DNA of 32,000 nucleotides, from the NCBI GenBank assembly GCA_963843975.1, contig CAWJMG010000003.1, positions 1,860,001 to 1,892,000 of the forward strand, read 5' to 3'. Numbering within the stretch: position 1 is the stretch's first letter; each line of letters begins with the position of its first letter. The notes under the pieces are model-generated. The model was not told where the DNA came from. It did not search any database and saw only the letters and a list, made by a program, of their open reading frames with translations. Shown here piece by piece: positions 17,350-24,189 of the stretch. Source of the stretch: an uncultured Actinomycetes bacterium. Lineage in GTDB: Bacteria; Actinomycetota; Actinomycetes; S36-B12; CAIYMF01. The translations under genes were made by a program, and so were the position numbers.

Positions 17350-18717
17350 ATGAGCGGCAACATGCCCTTCGGCTTCACCCCGCCCGGCGACGACGACGAC
17401 CAGGGCGGCGGCTCCGGCACGCCCGGCCCGCTCGGGTTCGGCGCGGGCGGCCCCGGCGGCTTCGACATGAGCCAGCTCGGCGAGGCCCTCCAGCAGCTGG
17501 GCCGGATGATGGCGCAGGGCGGCGGGCCGGACGCCGGGCCGGTCAACTGGGAGCTCGCGCGCGACGGCGCCCGCCAGTTCGTCGCTGCCGAGGGCGACCC
17601 GTCGGTCAACGCCACCGAGCGCCGCGAGGTGGAGCAGGCCCTCGACCTCGCCTCGCTCTGGCTCGACCCGGTCACGTCGTTCCCCGCCACGTCCTCCGGC
17701 GGCGGCGCCTGGAGCCGCAGCGAGTGGATCGAGGCCACGCTGCCGTCGTGGCAGCGCGTCGTGGAGCCCGTCGCCGTACGCGCCAACGAGTCGATGCAGG
17801 GGATCCTCCCGCAGCAGGGCCTGCCCGAGGGGCTGCCGCCCGAGCTCGCGCAGATGGCCGCGCCGCTCATGGGCATGGCCAAGCAGATGGGCGCCTACAT
17901 GTTCGGCTCCCAGCTCGGCCAGGCGCTCGGCACGCTGTCGGGCGAGGTGCTCGGCGCTGCCGACGTCGGCATCCCGCTCACCGACGACGGCCGATCGTTC
18001 CTGCTCCCCCGCAACGTCGCAGCTTTCGGCGACGGCCTGGGCGTGCCCGCCGACGAGGTGCGCCTGTACGTCGCCCTCCGCGAGTCGGCCGCGCAGCGGC
18101 TCTTCGCGCACGTGCCGTGGCTGCGCTCGCAGATGACCGCAGCGGTCGAGGCGTACGCCGCCGGCATCCGCATCGACCAGGCGAAGATCGAGGAGGCCGC
18201 GCGCGACATCGATCCCTCGAACCCCGAGAGCCTGCAGGAGGCCATCGCCTCCGGCGTGTTCGTGCCCGAGGACACCGAGGAGCAGAAGGTCGCGCTCGCC
18301 CGCCTCGAGACGCTGCTCGCGCTCGTCGAGGGCTGGGTCGACATCGTCGTGTCCGAGGCCGCAGGTGCCCGCCTGCCGTCGGCCGACCGGCTGCGTGAGG
18401 CGATGCGTCGTCGTCGCGCCACGGGCGGCCCCGCCGAGCGCACCTTCGAGACCCTCGTCGGCCTCGAGCTGCGACCGCGCCGTCTGCGCGAGGCCGCGCA
18501 GCTCTGGGCCGCCGTGCACGAGGCGCGCGGCGCCGAGGGCCGCGACGACCTCTGGGGCCACCCCGACCTCCTGCCGCACGCGGAGGACCTTGACGGCGAC
18601 GAGGCCATCGAGGCCTTCGTCGAGCGCAGCAAGCCGCTCGACCTCTCCGAGCTCGACAACCTCCCGCCCGTCGACGAGCCGCAGACCGACGGCGACGACC
18701 CGGCACCGACCGCGTGA
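17350..18717 (+). CDS. DUF2342-family protein (usually annotated zinc-dependent metalloprotease); no HExxH motif present
   Basis: 455 aa with a Gly/Pro/Asp-rich N-terminus. The conserved body is ...PVNWELARDGARQF...LWLDPVT...WSRSEWIEATLPSWQRVVEPV...RLYVALRESAAQRLFAHVPWLR... Its position next to the epimerase and NUDIX genes matches what I recall from other actinobacteria. Confidence 0.8.
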   Translation: MSGNMPFGFTPPGDDDDQGGGSGTPGPLGFGAGGPGGFDMSQLGEALQQLGRMMAQGGGPDAGPVNWELARDGARQFVAAEGDPSVNATERREVEQALDLASLWLDPVTSFPATSSGGGAWSRSEWIEATLPSWQRVVEPVAVRANESMQGILPQQGLPEGLPPELAQMAAPLMGMAKQMGAYMFGSQLGQALGTLSGEVLGAADVGIPLTDDGRSFLLPRNVAAFGDGLGVPADEVRLYVALRESAAQRLFAHVPWLRSQMTAAVEAYAAGIRIDQAKIEEAARDIDPSNPESLQEAIASGVFVPEDTEEQKVALARLETLLALVEGWVDIVVSEAAGARLPSADRLREAMRRRRATGGPAERTFETLVGLELRPRRLREAAQLWAAVHEARGAEGRDDLWGHPDLLPHAEDLDGDEAIEAFVERSKPLDLSELDNLPPVDEPQTDGDDPAPTA

Positions 18718-19247
18718 GCCTGCGGTCCGACGTCCGCTCCGTGCTCACGGGGTGGGCGGCACCCGACGACGCCCAGGCGGCGCTGCGCGACAGCTACGTC
18801 GAGTTCGTCGACGAGCACGACGAGGCGATGTTCCGCGCCTGCGTGCCCGGGCACATCACGGCCTCCGCGCTCGTGATCTCGCCCGACCGCTCACGCGTGC
18901 TGCTCACGCTGCACCCGAAGGTCGGGCTCTGGCTGCAGATGGGCGGCCACCTCGAGCCCGGCGACGCCACGCTGCGCGATGCTGCAGCCCGCGAGGCGCT
19001 CGAGGAGAGCGGCATCCCGGGGCTGGCCGTCGGCGACTCGCCCGTGCGGCTCGACCGGCACCGCGTCACCTGCCACGGCGGCAGCGACCACCTCGACGTG
19101 CAGTACGTCGCGATCGCGCCGGAAGACGCCGTGCACGTGATGAGCGACGAGTCTCTGGACCTCGCGTGGTTCGACGTCGACGCGCTGCCCGACCTCACCG
19201 ACGACGCCCTGCGCCACCTGGTCGCCGCCGCCCTCGCCCTCCGCTGA
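18714..19247 (+). CDS. NUDIX hydrolase
   Basis: Nudix box GGHLEPGDATLRDAAAREALEESGI. The GTG start overlaps the upstream stop (GTGA). Confidence 0.85.
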   Translation: MSLRSDVRSVLTGWAAPDDAQAALRDSYVEFVDEHDEAMFRACVPGHITASALVISPDRSRVLLTLHPKVGLWLQMGGHLEPGDATLRDAAAREALEESGIPGLAVGDSPVRLDRHRVTCHGGSDHLDVQYVAIAPEDAVHVMSDESLDLAWFDVDALPDLTDDALRHLVAAALALR

Positions 19248-19253
19248 GGCAGC

Positions 19254-19283
19254 GGGAACCTGCGGGGGCCCGACTTCCGTGTG
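19254..19283 (+). promoter_or_regulatory. candidate ECF-type promoter upstream of the sigma factor gene
   Basis: GGGAAC (19254-19259), an 18-nt spacer, then CGTGT (19278-19282), about 35 nt upstream of the sigma ORF. It resembles the GGAAC-N16-18-CGT/GTT autoregulated ECF promoter pattern. Based on sequence resemblance only. Confidence 0.3.
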
Positions 19284-19315
19284 AGGGGTGACGGCACCCG
19301 CCGTCCGCAGCCAAG

Positions 19316-19894
19316 GTGGGACACGTGAGCGAGACCACCGCCGGGCCCCCGCCCGACGAGGCCGGCTTCCGCGAATGGGCGGTGCGCCGCATGCCGAACC
19401 TGCGCCGTACGGCGTACCTGCTCTGCGGCGACTGGAGCGCGGCCGACGACCTCGTGCAAGACACGCTCGTCACGGTGTATTCACGGTGGCATCGCATCGT
19501 GCGCCGCGGCGCTCCCGACGCGTACGCCCAGCGCGTGCTGATGTCGCGCTTCGTCGACGAGCGTCGCCGTCCCTGGCGGCGTGAGCAGGCGTGGGCCGAG
19601 GTGCCGGACCGCGCCGACGCGTCGGCGGCTCGCGCCCTCGACGCCACGGACTCCGCGGACGCCGTCCTCGCCGACGCGCTCCGCGCCGTTCCCGCCGACC
19701 AGCGCGCGGTGCTGGTGCTGAGGCACATCGAGGACCTGCCGCTCGACGAGGTCGCACGCGTGCTCGACCTGCCGGTCGGCACCGTCAAGAGCCGCGCGGC
19801 GCGCGGCACCCAGCGGCTGCGCGCCGAGCTCGCGCTGCGCGGCTACGAGCACCCCACACCCAGCACGGCCGGATCCGGGAGGACCCCCTCATGA
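19316..19894 (+). CDS. ECF RNA polymerase sigma factor (SigE-like actinobacterial subgroup)
   Basis: Region 2 reads AADDLVQDTLVTVYSRWHRI. Region 4 reads LRHIEDLPLDEVARVLDLPVGTVKSRAARGTQRLR. The start could be GTG 19316 or GTG 19325. Confidence 0.85.
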   Translation: MGHVSETTAGPPPDEAGFREWAVRRMPNLRRTAYLLCGDWSAADDLVQDTLVTVYSRWHRIVRRGAPDAYAQRVLMSRFVDERRRPWRREQAWAEVPDRADASAARALDATDSADAVLADALRAVPADQRAVLVLRHIEDLPLDEVARVLDLPVGTVKSRAARGTQRLRAELALRGYEHPTPSTAGSGRTPS

Positions 19895-20661
19895 GCACCG
19901 ACCTCGACCAGCTGTTCGCCGAGGCCCGTGGCAGTGCGCTGCCGCCGTCGCACGTCGACCTCGACCGCGTGGTCGCGCGCGGACGCCGACGTCGCGCCAC
20001 CGTCCGTGCCCGGGAGGGGGCGACCGTCGCGCTCGCCGGGGCCATGGTCGTCGGGGGCGGGGCGTTCGCGCTCTCCGGCGGCGCGCTCGGCGCCCGCGGC
20101 CCGCTGCAGTCGGGTTCCGGCGGCGGGACGAGCGTCTCGCCGGCCCTACCGCTCGCCTCCCCCGCCAACGGGACGAGCGTCGCCACCCCGCCCGCTCCGG
20201 ACGACTCGACAGGCGGCGACTCCGTGCCCGACAAGGGCAGCGAGAACGCTCCAGCCGCCCTGAAGGCCGTCACCCTCGCCGACCCGGCGCCGGGCTTCGG
20301 CGGCCGCCGCTTCCCTGACTCGGTCTCGCTCACGTCCGGCGTCTCGAACTACGCGCCCGGCACCTACTGGACGGCGACGTTCGGCGTCGGGTCCACGGAC
20401 GCGAGCGGTCCGCAGGCCACCGTGATCGTCGGCGACTACCCGCTGCCGGCGATCACCGGGACGCCCACGATGTACTCGAGCCCCGGGCCGATCACCGAGA
20501 CGCCGGTCGTGCAGGGCTACCAGGCTTACGTCACCAGCGACGGCGACCAGACGATCCTCTACTTCAGGACCTCGCAGTTCACCGTTCAGGTGATCGGCGC
20601 CGGCGGCGCGACGTCGGCCCAGCTGGTCACGCTCGCCGAGAGCCTGCAGAACCTCGGCTGA
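19891..20661 (+). CDS. membrane-anchored protein co-translated with the ECF sigma (putative anti-sigma/partner)
   Basis: The ATG overlaps the sigma stop (ATGA). It has a short N-terminal cytoplasmic segment, one TM helix (TVALAGAMVVGGGAFAL), a Pro/Ser/Gly linker and a C-terminal globular domain. There is no HxxxCxxC motif. Confidence 0.5.
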   Translation: MSTDLDQLFAEARGSALPPSHVDLDRVVARGRRRRATVRAREGATVALAGAMVVGGGAFALSGGALGARGPLQSGSGGGTSVSPALPLASPANGTSVATPPAPDDSTGGDSVPDKGSENAPAALKAVTLADPAPGFGGRRFPDSVSLTSGVSNYAPGTYWTATFGVGSTDASGPQATVIVGDYPLPAITGTPTMYSSPGPITETPVVQGYQAYVTSDGDQTILYFRTSQFTVQVIGAGGATSAQLVTLAESLQNLG

Positions 20662-20676
20662 CCCCCTGCTGACACC

Positions 20677-20718
20677 GGTCGAACCGTCGCTTCCCGGCAA
20701 GGAAGCGAGGGTTCGACC
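20677..20718. terminator. bidirectional stem-loop between convergent genes
   Basis: GGTCGAACCGTCGCTTCC-CGGCAA-GGAAGCGAGGGTTCGACC lies between the stops at 20661 (+) and 20735 (-). Confidence 0.5.
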
Positions 20719-20734
20719 AGTGCGAGCGGGTCGG

Positions 20735-21403
20735 TCAGAACAGGGGCTCGGTGGTGTCGGCGCTGGCCTCGGTACGCCGCCTTCGCGGGGCCGGTGACGG
20801 CAGTGGCGAGGCGTCGCGCACGTCGACGTCGTCGCCCCCGAAGCCGTCTCCTGCGTCGTCGGGCTCGGCGCGGAGGCCGAGGCCGGTCGCGTGGTCGACG
20901 CCGGCGAGGAACGCGCGCGACTCCGTGAGGCGCGGGTAGCGCGCCATCCACGCCTCGAAGTCGGGGCCGTGGTCGGCGACGAGCAGGTGCACGAGCTCGT
21001 GCAGCAGCACGTAGTCGACGACGTGCTCGGGCATGGAGTGCAGGCGGTCCGAGAGCCGGATCGAGCCGTCGAGCGGCGTGCACGAGCCCCAGCGCTTCTT
21101 CTGGTTGGAGACGAACCGCACCGTGCTCGGCACCGCGCGGCCGTCGAGGTAGCGGCGCGAGAGCTGCCGCGCCCGCGTCATGAGCTGCTCGTCGCTCCGG
21201 GCCGAGCGCTTCTCGCGCGCGGCGAGCTTGCCGACGAGCTCCTCGACGTACGGCTTGATGTCCGCTCGCGCCATGCGGTGCGGCACGACCACGATGGTGC
21301 GGCCGTCCTCGCGGTAGGCCGTGACGCTGCGCCGGCGGCGGGTGCTGCGGCGCACCTCGACGTCGGGCGGCAGACCCGGGATCTCGACCACGTGCTGGCT
21401 CAT
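20735..21403 (-). CDS. DUF45/YgjP-type (M48/SprT-like) metallopeptidase
   Basis: Contains KKRWGSCTP...IRLS and the HExxH motif in VVDYVLLHELVHLLVADHGPDFEAWMARYP. The ATG at 21403 (MSQHVVEIPG) is preferred over the track start at 21448. Confidence 0.75.
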   Translation of the reverse strand: MSQHVVEIPGLPPDVEVRRSTRRRRSVTAYREDGRTIVVVPHRMARADIKPYVEELVGKLAAREKRSARSDEQLMTRARQLSRRYLDGRAVPSTVRFVSNQKKRWGSCTPLDGSIRLSDRLHSMPEHVVDYVLLHELVHLLVADHGPDFEAWMARYPRLTESRAFLAGVDHATGLGLRAEPDDAGDGFGGDDVDVRDASPLPSPAPRRRRTEASADTTEPLF

Positions 21404-21646
21404 CGCGGACGACAGTACGGCGCCCGACCGACACCGCGCCGCACGCACCTCCGTACGCCGTCCTCGCGGCCCACCTCATGACGATCCGCGCTGCCCACGA
21501 CGCGCATCGTCATGAGGTTCCGAGCGCGACCGCCGTTCACGTGGGCGTCATCGGCACCCAGACGAAGGCGCCCCTGCGTGACCGAGCAGACACCTCCCCC
21601 GCCCACAAACTTTTCCCCCACAGGCGGTGCACGACGTCCTTGCAGG

Positions 21647-21796
21647 TCAGCGTCGGCGTGTCGTGATCATCCACGGCGTCGTCCCCAGGCTCGTCCACCT
21701 GCGGTCCACAGGGGCGCGCCGTGATGTCCCCAGGCCGTGCACAGATGCGTCCACAGGGAGGTTCACCGCCACGTTGACCTGCGTTCGCGCGGCCAC
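21647..21796 (-). CDS. candidate 49-aa sORF behind a near-consensus RBS (speculative)
   Basis: On the minus strand, GAAGGAGGA (plus-strand 21801-21811) is followed after a 6-nt spacer by GTG 21796. The translation is VAARTQVNVAVNLPVDASVHGLGTSRRAPVDRRWTSLGTTPWMITTRRR, with a TGA stop at 21647-21649. It contains two PVD....LGT units encoded by the 45-bp repeats. Other frames are also open here, so coding status is unproven. Confidence 0.25.
   Translation of the reverse strand: MAARTQVNVAVNLPVDASVHGLGTSRRAPVDRRWTSLGTTPWMITTRRR
21681..21770. repeat. two imperfect 45-bp tandem repeats (a third degenerate copy lies near 21614-21643)
   Basis: Unit A (21681-21725) is GTCCCCAGGCTCGTCCACCTGCGGTCCACAGGGGCGCGCCGTGAT. 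Unit B (21726-21770) is GTCCCCAGGCCGTGCACAGATGCGTCCACAGGGAGGTTCACCGCC. They share the blocks GTCCCCAGGC and GTCCACAGGG. Upstream, CCCCCACAGGCGGTGCACGACGTCCTTGCAGG resembles unit B. Confidence 0.6.
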
Positions 21797-21816
21797 CTAG
21801 GTTCCTCCTTCGACAG

Positions 21817-21883
21817 GGCCCCCGGGAGAACGGGCCGGTGTCCGCAAGGGGAAGGCGGACAGCGGCTGCGAGACCCGGGGGCT
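21817..21883. other. nested helical element in the long intergenic region (possible structured RNA)
   Basis: The outer helix pairs GGCCCCCGGG (21817-21826) with CCCGGGGGCT (21874-21883). The inner hairpin is GTCCGC-AAGGGGAAG-GCGGAC (21840-21860). It lies 67 nt upstream of the UbiA-like start and directly upstream (minus sense) of the strong RBS at 21801-21811. Confidence 0.35.
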
Positions 21884-21949
21884 CTCGTCGTCCCCGGACC
21901 TCCACTCGACCCGTCAGACTGCGCAGATGTCCCGACGCCCGGCACGACC

Positions 21950-22780
21950 GTGAGCCGTCGCACCGCGCGCGCCCTCCTCGACGCGAGCCACCCCCTGCCG
22001 AGCGCGACCGTCACCGTCGTCGTGACGGGGCTCGCCCTTGCCGCGGGCCGCGACCTCGCCGGCGCAGCCCTGGTCGCCGCGGCCGTCCTCACCGGTCAGC
22101 TCTCCGTGGGCTGGTGCAACGACGCGCGCGACGCCGACCGCGATGTGCGCGCGGGACGTGCGGAGAAGCCGGTCGTGCGCGGCGACGTCGAGGCAGCGAC
22201 TCTCTGGCGGCTCGCCGTCCTCGCCCTCGCGGCGTCGGTGGCGCTGTCGTTCCTCGCCGGCGGCCGGGCGGGCGGCACCGCGCACGTCGTCGCCGTGGCC
22301 TCGGCCTGGTGCTACGACCTGTGGCTCAAGACCACGCTGCTCTCGCCGCTGCCGTACGCCGTGTCCTTCGGCCTCATACCTGCGTTCGTCACGTACGGCC
22401 TGACGCCACCGGCCGCTCCCGCCCTGTGGCTCACCGCGGCCGCGGCGCTGCTCGGCGTCGGCGCGGGCCTCGCCAACGCCGTCCCCGACGTCGCAGGAGA
22501 CCTCAGCGTCGGCGCGGGCGGGCTCGTCGCACGCATCGGGCCGCGGGCAGCGACGGTGGCCGCGCTCGTGAGCGTCGGTGCCGCCGTCGGGCTGCTGCTC
22601 GCCAACGTCGGCCTGGCGCCGGTCGTCACCGGCGCGGTGGCGCTCGTGTGCGGCGTCGGCGTGGTGGTGACGCTCGCCCGAGGCGGTGGGAGGTCGCTCT
22701 TCCGGCTCGTGATGGCGCTCGCCCTCCTCGCGGTGGCGCTGCTGCTGGTCGCAGCGTCCGCCGGGGCGATGACGGCCTAG
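21950..22780 (+). CDS. UbiA-family prenyltransferase (polytopic membrane protein)
   Basis: First Asp-rich motif is WCNDARDADRD. Second Asp motif is VPDVAGDLSVG. There are multiple TM helices. The GTG at 21950 (VSRRTARALLD...) is preferred; the track start at 21737 lies in the repeat region. Confidence 0.7.
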   Translation: MSRRTARALLDASHPLPSATVTVVVTGLALAAGRDLAGAALVAAAVLTGQLSVGWCNDARDADRDVRAGRAEKPVVRGDVEAATLWRLAVLALAASVALSFLAGGRAGGTAHVVAVASAWCYDLWLKTTLLSPLPYAVSFGLIPAFVTYGLTPPAAPALWLTAAAALLGVGAGLANAVPDVAGDLSVGAGGLVARIGPRAATVAALVSVGAAVGLLLANVGLAPVVTGAVALVCGVGVVVTLARGGGRSLFRLVMALALLAVALLLVAASAGAMTA

Positions 22781-23658
22781 CGCCCGGTGAAGCGCGGCCG
22801 GCGCTTCTCGCGCGCGGCGGCAAGGCCCTCGGCGAGGTCCTCGCTCGCGAGCGTGACCGACTGGGCGAGCCCCTCCCACTCGAGCGCCGCGTCGAACGTC
22901 GCGTGGCCTCCCGCTGCCAGCGCCACCTTCGTGAGACGGACGGCGACGGGGGCAGCAGCTGCGACGTCGTGCGCGAGGTGCAGCACGCCGTCGAGGAAGC
23001 CGTCGTCGCCGGACACCGACGTCACGATCCCGAGGCGGAACATCTCGTCGGCGTCGAGGCGGCGCCCCGTGAGCAGCAGGTCGCGCGCGGCCGCGACGCC
23101 GACGACCTCGGGCAGCAGCCAGGTGGTGGCCATGCCCGGGTGCAGGCCGAGCGAGGCGAACGGCACCGAGAAACGGGCCGACGCCGAGGCGTGCCGCAGG
23201 TCGCACGCCAGCGCGATCGCGGCGCCCGCGCCCACGGCGGGGCCGTTGATCGCGGCGATGGTCGGCACCTCGAGCTGACGGATCGAGAGCCACCCGCGGT
23301 AGAAGCCGAGCATGCGCTCGCGCAGCTCGATCACCGACGCGTCCGGGTCGCCGCCGATCCAGCCGTGGTCGCCGCCCGAGCAGAAGGCCGAGCCCGCCCC
23401 CGTCACGACCACCGCACGGACGTCGCCGTCGGCGCGCAGCGCGGCCATCAGCGCCGGCCAGGCAGCGGTCATGCGGTCGGACATCGCGTTGCGGCGCTCG
23501 GGCTGGGCGAGGGTGACGAGCACGACGCCGTCCGCCCAGACGCGGACCTCGAGATGGTCCGTCGCCGCGCTCCAGCGGGTCGCGAGCGGGTGGTCGGGGA
23601 CCTCCGCCGGGTGCGGTGCGGGGGCGGCGGCGGTCTGCTCGGCAGGCGTGGTGCTCAT
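22777..23658 (-). CDS. enoyl-CoA hydratase/isomerase (crotonase) family protein
   Basis: VVVTGAGSAFCSGGD and AAINGPAVGAGAAIALACDLR are oxyanion-hole motifs. The ATG is at 23658 (MSTTPAEQ). The 832-aa track ORF is an upstream run-on. Confidence 0.85.
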   Translation of the reverse strand: MSTTPAEQTAAAPAPHPAEVPDHPLATRWSAATDHLEVRVWADGVVLVTLAQPERRNAMSDRMTAAWPALMAALRADGDVRAVVVTGAGSAFCSGGDHGWIGGDPDASVIELRERMLGFYRGWLSIRQLEVPTIAAINGPAVGAGAAIALACDLRHASASARFSVPFASLGLHPGMATTWLLPEVVGVAAARDLLLTGRRLDADEMFRLGIVTSVSGDDGFLDGVLHLAHDVAAAAPVAVRLTKVALAAGGHATFDAALEWEGLAQSVTLASEDLAEGLAAAREKRRPRFTGR

Positions 23659-23710
23659 GGCCCGACGGTAGCCAGCGGGCCTCCCGCGTGCGCTGACGGC
23701 GTTCCCTGCG

Positions 23711-23750
23711 GTGTCGGAATGACCGTTTTGGGGTATATCGTCCCTTAATC
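23711..23750. promoter_or_regulatory. A/T-rich patch in the divergent intergenic region (likely promoter core)
   Basis: GTGTCGGAATGACCGTTTTGGGGTATATCGTCCCTTAATC is the only A/T-rich stretch for several kb. TATATC (23734-23739) is -10-like. It lies between a minus-strand gene (start 23658) and a plus-strand sORF (start 23923). Confidence 0.3.
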
Positions 23751-23905
23751 GGGCGGGCGAGCCACGCGCGCCTGCGCGAACCGGACGCGGAACGCGCGTA
23801 GGGTCGTGAACGCCCAGGCCACCCCGGTGGCCCGTGCTGCGGACCGGCACCGAACACCGCCCCGCTCGCGGGAGAACGGCGCCCGGCCCTAGGCACGTAC
23901 CCACA
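23751..23905 (+). promoter_or_regulatory. candidate structured 5' leader of the zinc-ribbon sORF
   Basis: A long-range closing helix pairs GGGCGGGCG (23751-23759) with CGCCCGGCCC (23880-23889). Internal hairpins include GGCCAC-CCCG-GTGGCC (23817-23832), GCGCG..CGCGC and GTGC..GCAC. It ends 17 nt before the AGGAGGAGG RBS. I recognise no known riboswitch class. Confidence 0.3.
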
Positions 23906-23922
23906 CCAGGAGGAGGACCCCC

Positions 23923-24081
23923 ATGGCGGACGAGAGCTACACCGGCGAGGCGTACTGCGTGAAGTGCAAGGAGAAGCGCGAGTTCACCGGCGTCGTCGTC
24001 GAGAAGAACGGTCGTCGCATGGCGCAGGGCATCTGCCCCGTCTGCAACACCAAGGTCAACCGCATCCTCGGCAAGGCCTGA
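23923..24081 (+). CDS. 52-aa zinc-ribbon protein (DUF5679-like); absent from the ORF track because it is under 60 aa
   Basis: AGGAGGAGG RBS, 5-nt spacer, then ATG. The translation is MADESYTGEAYCVKCKEKREFTGVVVEKNGRRMAQGICPVCNTKVNRILGKA, with CxxC...CxxC. Third-position GC is high, and a terminator hairpin follows. Confidence 0.7.
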   Translation: MADESYTGEAYCVKCKEKREFTGVVVEKNGRRMAQGICPVCNTKVNRILGKA

Positions 24082-24101
24082 GCCAGAGCCGAGCTGCACG
24101 C

Positions 24102-24133
24102 GAAGCCCCCGACCGCACGCGGTCGGGGGCTTC
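24102..24133 (+). terminator. intrinsic terminator-like hairpin after the zinc-ribbon sORF
   Basis: GAAGCCCCCGACCG-CACG-CGGTCGGGGGCTTC (14-bp stem) followed by GTCGTTCC. Confidence 0.6.
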
Positions 24134-24189
24134 GTCGTTCCCGGCACTCCGCCGCCCGTCGTGGGGCGCGCATCTCTAGGGTCGTCGCC

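Noticed and set aside
21537-21700. Minus-strand frame ...TLTCKDVVHRLWGKSLWAGEVSARSRR... is reminiscent of the start of RsrA/RshA-type (ZAS) anti-sigma factors.
   Set aside because: There is no HxxxCxxC motif in this or neighbouring frames, no adjacent sigma gene and no credible start codon or RBS for that frame. The resemblance rests on fewer than 15 residues.
21797-21830. CTAGGTTCC ... CCCGGGAGA resembles conserved blocks of the ykkC (guanidine-I) riboswitch.
   Set aside because: The intervening conserved elements (GGUCCGAGAG, ACACGG) are absent and the spacing is far too short. The downstream gene (UbiA-like) is not a typical ykkC target.
23798-23830. AGGGTCGTGAACGCCCAGG resembles the ZTP (pfl) riboswitch core GGGUCGUGAC.GGCG.
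   Set aside because: No downstream CCGCCUGGGC pseudoknot partner lies in the correct order or orientation. The downstream gene is unrelated to purine/folate metabolism.
21838-23896. A 636-aa plus-strand and a 660-aa minus-strand ORF covering the UbiA and crotonase genes.
   Set aside because: These are Arg-rich shadow frames. The UbiA (plus) and enoyl-CoA hydratase (minus) frames carry the family motifs.
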